Shown piece by piece: positions 35,362 through 38,577 of a DNA stretch of 38,577 nucleotides. The stretch is taken from NCBI GenBank assembly GCA_036985995.1, contig BTQS01000002.1, positions 1 to 38,577 on the forward strand, given 5' to 3'. A program made the translations under genes and the position numbers. Below the pieces are notes generated by a model. It searched no databases and had not been told where the DNA came from. It saw only the letters and a list, made by a program, of their open reading frames with translations. The stretch's first letter is position 1. Every line of letters begins with the position of its first letter. The DNA is from Acidimicrobiia bacterium. GTDB taxonomy: Bacteria > Actinomycetota > Acidimicrobiia > Spongiisociales > UBA5794.

Positions 35362-36625
35362 ACGAATGATCGTCAATCCACATAGCCAACTACGGGCGTC
35401 CGTACAGGTACCTGGAGACAAATCGCTGTCTCACCGAGCGCTGCTCTGGTCGGCTATGGCTGAGGGCGACAGTCTCGTGACCGGTCTCGGCACAGGTGCA
35501 GACGTGCGAACCTCGGTGGCAGCGCTGACCCAACTTGGGGTGTCATTCGAAGATGAGAGAGTGAACTCGCCCGGCATAGCGGGCTGGAAAGCGCCAACGC
35601 AGCCGATCGACTGCGGGAACTCTGGAACAACCATGCGGTTACTTGCTGGAGCACTCTCCACTTCAGGCGTCCGTGCATCCCTCGTCGGAGATGCCTCCCT
35701 GAATCAGAGACCGATGTTGCGTTTGGTCGAACCGCTCCAGGCGCTTGGTGGCAACATCTCAACGACCGAAACGGGAACTGCGCCACTCGTAGTCGGAGGC
35801 GCCAGAGACATACACAGTGCAAACGTCACCATCGATATCGCATCGGCACAGGTACGTACCTCCTTCGAGCTCGCGGCGCTGCTTGCGCCTTCACCATCGG
35901 TCATCGACTCACCCGCAGGATTTCGAGACCACACTGAACGTTGGTTGCAGGCGGCCGGTAGGGGAGAGTGGGTTACGGCCACTGCCTTCAGAGTAGATCC
36001 AGGACCTATCGCTCCGGCACGTTACGACATCCCTGGAGACCCGTCCTCGGCGGCGTACCTCTGGGCTCTTGCGGCAATACGCCCAGGCTCCGAGATTCTG
36101 ACGCCGAACATCAGCCTGAATCCCGGCAGACTCGGATTCCTCCAGGTCCTCGAGAAGATGGGAGCCGAGATTGATGCGACCGTCACCGGATCCATCGGCG
36201 GAGACCCGGTTGGCGACGTCATGGTCAAGGGACGATCCCTCGGCGCTGTGGATATCAGCGGGGACCTGGTCGCGTCCGCGCTGGATGAGCTTCCGCTTGT
36301 CGCCGTGGTCGCCGCGTTCGCGGAAGGCATCACAACCGTGTCAGGTGCAGAGGAACTGCGTATGAAAGAGTCCGACCGCATACTGTCGACGACGGAAATG
36401 ATCCGTGCCCTCGATGGGGGCATCGAGCCGGCAGCGGATGGTTTCCAGGTCGTCGGGACCGGGTTTCTCTCTGGGGGTACCATCGATTCTGCCGGCGACC
36501 ATCGCATTGCAATGGCAGCGGCAATCGCGGGATCACGCGCCGAAGGTCCAGTCGAGATACTCAACGGCGCCTGCGCAGCGGTGTCATGGCCCGACTTCTA
36601 CGAGACCCTGGAGGCCTTGTGGTAA
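35354..36625 (+). CDS. aroA: 3-phosphoshikimate 1-carboxyvinyltransferase (EPSP synthase)
   Basis: Translation: ...VQVPGDKSLSHRALLWSAMAEG...CGNSGTTMRLLAG...LNQRPM...ELRMKESDRI...DHRIAMA. It overlaps rluB by 8 nt. Confidence 0.93.
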   Translation: MTERMIVNPHSQLRASVQVPGDKSLSHRALLWSAMAEGDSLVTGLGTGADVRTSVAALTQLGVSFEDERVNSPGIAGWKAPTQPIDCGNSGTTMRLLAGALSTSGVRASLVGDASLNQRPMLRLVEPLQALGGNISTTETGTAPLVVGGARDIHSANVTIDIASAQVRTSFELAALLAPSPSVIDSPAGFRDHTERWLQAAGRGEWVTATAFRVDPGPIAPARYDIPGDPSSAAYLWALAAIRPGSEILTPNISLNPGRLGFLQVLEKMGAEIDATVTGSIGGDPVGDVMVKGRSLGAVDISGDLVASALDELPLVAVVAAFAEGITTVSGAEELRMKESDRILSTTEMIRALDGGIEPAADGFQVVGTGFLSGGTIDSAGDHRIAMAAAIAGSRAEGPVEILNGACAAVSWPDFYETLEALW

Positions 36626-37263
36626 TTGCCATCGACGGACCGAGCGGAGTGGGTAAGAGCACGGTGTCGCGTTCTGTCGCTCGACAGCTGGGTCTCGGCT
36701 ACCTCGATACCGGTGCAACCTACCGTGCCGCCACTCTTGCAATGGTTCAGGCCGGCATCGACATCACATCCGAGCAGGCGATCCTTGACGAGTTGACGCA
36801 TCACAGCATCGACTACAGCGAGAAGGGGATTGTGCTCGATGGCAAGTCCGTTGCCTTCGATGTTCGCTCGGACGAGGTCACACGAAACGTAAGCGCTCTT
36901 TCGGCGCACCCCAGGGTGCGGAATGCGATCGTCAAGATGCAACGCAGCTGGGTCGATGATCGGGGCGGCGAGGTCGTCGTCGAAGGGAGAGACATCGGGA
37001 CGGTTGTGTTTCCCGAGGCACCCGTGAAGATCTATCTCACTGCAAGCGCGCTGGTACGGGCCACGCGCCGATCCCGTGACGCTGAGGCTTCCGACAAATC
37101 GATCGAGGAGATCGCAGCAGAGATCGAGGCTCGCGATCACGCCGATTCGACACGTAGAGCTTCGCCCCTGCGTCCGGCAGTCGATGCACTGGTGATCGAC
37201 ACTTCGGATTTGACGATCACCGAGGTCGTCGACAGAATATCGGAAGCGGCAACCCTCGTCTGA
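36586..37263 (+). CDS. cmk: (d)CMP kinase
   Basis: Translation: VVIAIDGPSGVGKSTVSRSVARQLGLGYLDTGATYRA...EGRDIGTVVFP...R..RD. The start is ATG 36586 (40-nt overlap with aroA) or GTG 36619 (7-nt overlap). Confidence 0.92.
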   Translation: MARLLRDPGGLVVIAIDGPSGVGKSTVSRSVARQLGLGYLDTGATYRAATLAMVQAGIDITSEQAILDELTHHSIDYSEKGIVLDGKSVAFDVRSDEVTRNVSALSAHPRVRNAIVKMQRSWVDDRGGEVVVEGRDIGTVVFPEAPVKIYLTASALVRATRRSRDAEASDKSIEEIAAEIEARDHADSTRRASPLRPAVDALVIDTSDLTITEVVDRISEAATLV

Positions 37264-37340
37264 AATGACGCATCGGTCAGAGGCTCGTTGTGCATCGAAC
37301 GGATCTATGGCGCTGTCGATCCGGGCTACTCGGAGGTCCG

Positions 37341-38483
37341 TCAGGGTGGCGGTTTCCAGGTGGTGTAGGTGTGGCCGAGTGGGCTTTTCCATTGGTATCG
37401 GCCGTCTGGGAGGCGTTTGTAGGTCCAGCCTTGGTCTTTGAGGCGGTGGTCGTGTCGGCATGCTGGTGCGGTGTTACACGGACAGGTCGCACCACCCTCT
37501 GAATACGGGATCGTGTGATCAATGTCGCAATCGGTTGATGGCATGCGACAACCAGGAAAGACGCACATACGGTCTCGTGACTCGATATGTCGACGCTGAG
37601 ACACCGTCGGTCTTCGGCGGGTGATCCCGTCATGTAGGTGCCGGCCTGTCTCGGTGTCTGTGATCGTAAATCGCCACTCACCAACTTCATTGTCCGCTGC
37701 AACTTGTCGTGCAATGTCGGCAATGACGGGTGCAAAACCGTTGAGGTCACCGGGATGCTCGGCGAGTCCGGCCAACGTGTCGAGATCTGCTGTGAGATGC
37801 ACAACCGCCCTGCCATTGGTCTTGTGTCCAGCGCCTTGGAGAAGGTCGAGGTAGACATCTGCTCGGAGCTGATCCATCGTGCGGGTCTCACCGTCACGAA
37901 GCAATGACTTGGCGATCGCGTTGATCCTGCGGCTGATGCCGGCCACCCTGTCCGGTGCAAGATCCAGGCCCAACAGGTTCGCAGTGCCATCAAGAGTCGG
38001 CTCAGCGATCAGTTTGCGATCCGTCACGGCACGTTGATATCGGTCCTCAGCTTCATGGGGGTCGGCTTCGATACAGAGTTTCTTGATCCGAGCCCGGAGT
38101 TCCCCCGTTGTCATCACCAGAGCAGCCTCAGCGATACGTTCAACGACTCCCCGGGCAGCAGCCACGCTGAGATGACATGTCTCGTGGTCGATCACACGGG
38201 CACGGCGCAGGTCGATCACACCCTCAGACAACATACGGTGCACCTTCGGAAGCCTCTCGGCAAGCTCCAACGCAAACGACATCTCAACGTCGCTCGAGTA
38301 GCGGGTCAGATGCAGGGCACAGCGGTTCTCATCAGACGCATACTCCCCGGCACGTACACGATCGTCACCCATGTCACAGTACACGTCACGAACCGCCACC
38401 ATGTCCTCATACAGTTTCGCCTGATAATGCGAGATCATGCGCTGATGGGCACGCAACACAACAACCCGGTCATACCCACGCAA
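37341..38483 (-). CDS. DUF222-domain HNH endonuclease (REP13E12-like family)
   Basis: C-terminal HNH region: CVFPGCRMPSTDCDIDHTIPYSEGGATCPCNTAPACRHDHRLKDQGW. The N-terminal helical region is typical of actinobacterial DUF222 proteins. The start is TTG 38483, and an in-frame TAA lies 8 codons upstream. Confidence 0.85.
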   Translation of the reverse strand: MRGYDRVVVLRAHQRMISHYQAKLYEDMVAVRDVYCDMGDDRVRAGEYASDENRCALHLTRYSSDVEMSFALELAERLPKVHRMLSEGVIDLRRARVIDHETCHLSVAAARGVVERIAEAALVMTTGELRARIKKLCIEADPHEAEDRYQRAVTDRKLIAEPTLDGTANLLGLDLAPDRVAGISRRINAIAKSLLRDGETRTMDQLRADVYLDLLQGAGHKTNGRAVVHLTADLDTLAGLAEHPGDLNGFAPVIADIARQVAADNEVGEWRFTITDTETGRHLHDGITRRRPTVSQRRHIESRDRMCVFPGCRMPSTDCDIDHTIPYSEGGATCPCNTAPACRHDHRLKDQGWTYKRLPDGRYQWKSPLGHTYTTWKPPP

Positions 38484-38577
38484 ACGGTTGACATCGACCC
38501 CGGCTAGTTACGTACCCAAGATCGGTCCCGTCGCCATACGATCCAGTCACGCAGTACTGCAGCCAAAGGCGCCAGAC

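Overview
This is a densely packed, high-GC actinobacterial chromosomal core region with about 47 protein genes. Many neighbours share 4- or 8-nt start/stop overlaps. I found no rRNA, tRNA, CRISPR array or transposase.

Left part (1-8140): a 5'-truncated membrane protein carrying a perfect 18-bp coding tandem repeat; a PLP-dependent Ser/Thr dehydratase coupled to a ceramidase-family membrane protein; a DivIVA-domain protein; a BON/OmpA (ArfA-like) protein followed by a micro-ORF; an MFS transporter; a run of four small membrane ORFs fused onto trmI; and a ferredoxin.

Centre (8289-19878): a complete, contiguous Pup-proteasome locus (arc/mpa, dop, pup, prcB, prcA, pafA, pafB, pafC). It is followed by a CxxC protein, tatA, a tatC relic and helY.

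Right part (19875-38483): lipid kinase, DUF4193, polyprenol-phosphate mannose synthase, GNAT, M20 peptidase, DUF1015 and HAD. Then comes the conserved tlyA-nadK-recN-pyrG-NUDIX-xerD block, a DksA/TraR zinc finger, an HD protein, scpA, scpB, rluB, aroA and cmk. The window ends with a DUF222/HNH (REP13E12-like) gene.

Gene order follows two M. tuberculosis synteny blocks as I remember them (Rv2118c-Rv2092c and Rv1692-Rv1712).

I do not see a convincing new multi-gene system such as a defence island. The points most worth a second look are:
- tatC reduced to a 42-codon C-terminal relic.
- Two S4-domain genes (tlyA, rluB) whose conserved N-termini have no ATG/GTG/TTG start.
- A cassette of tiny membrane ORFs coupled to trmI.
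- A 16-bp hairpin separating prcA from pafA.
- A micro-ORF whose basic tail is encoded by the A-tract of the only canonical intrinsic terminator in the window.

All homology calls come from reading the translations and from memory of the families. No searches were run.
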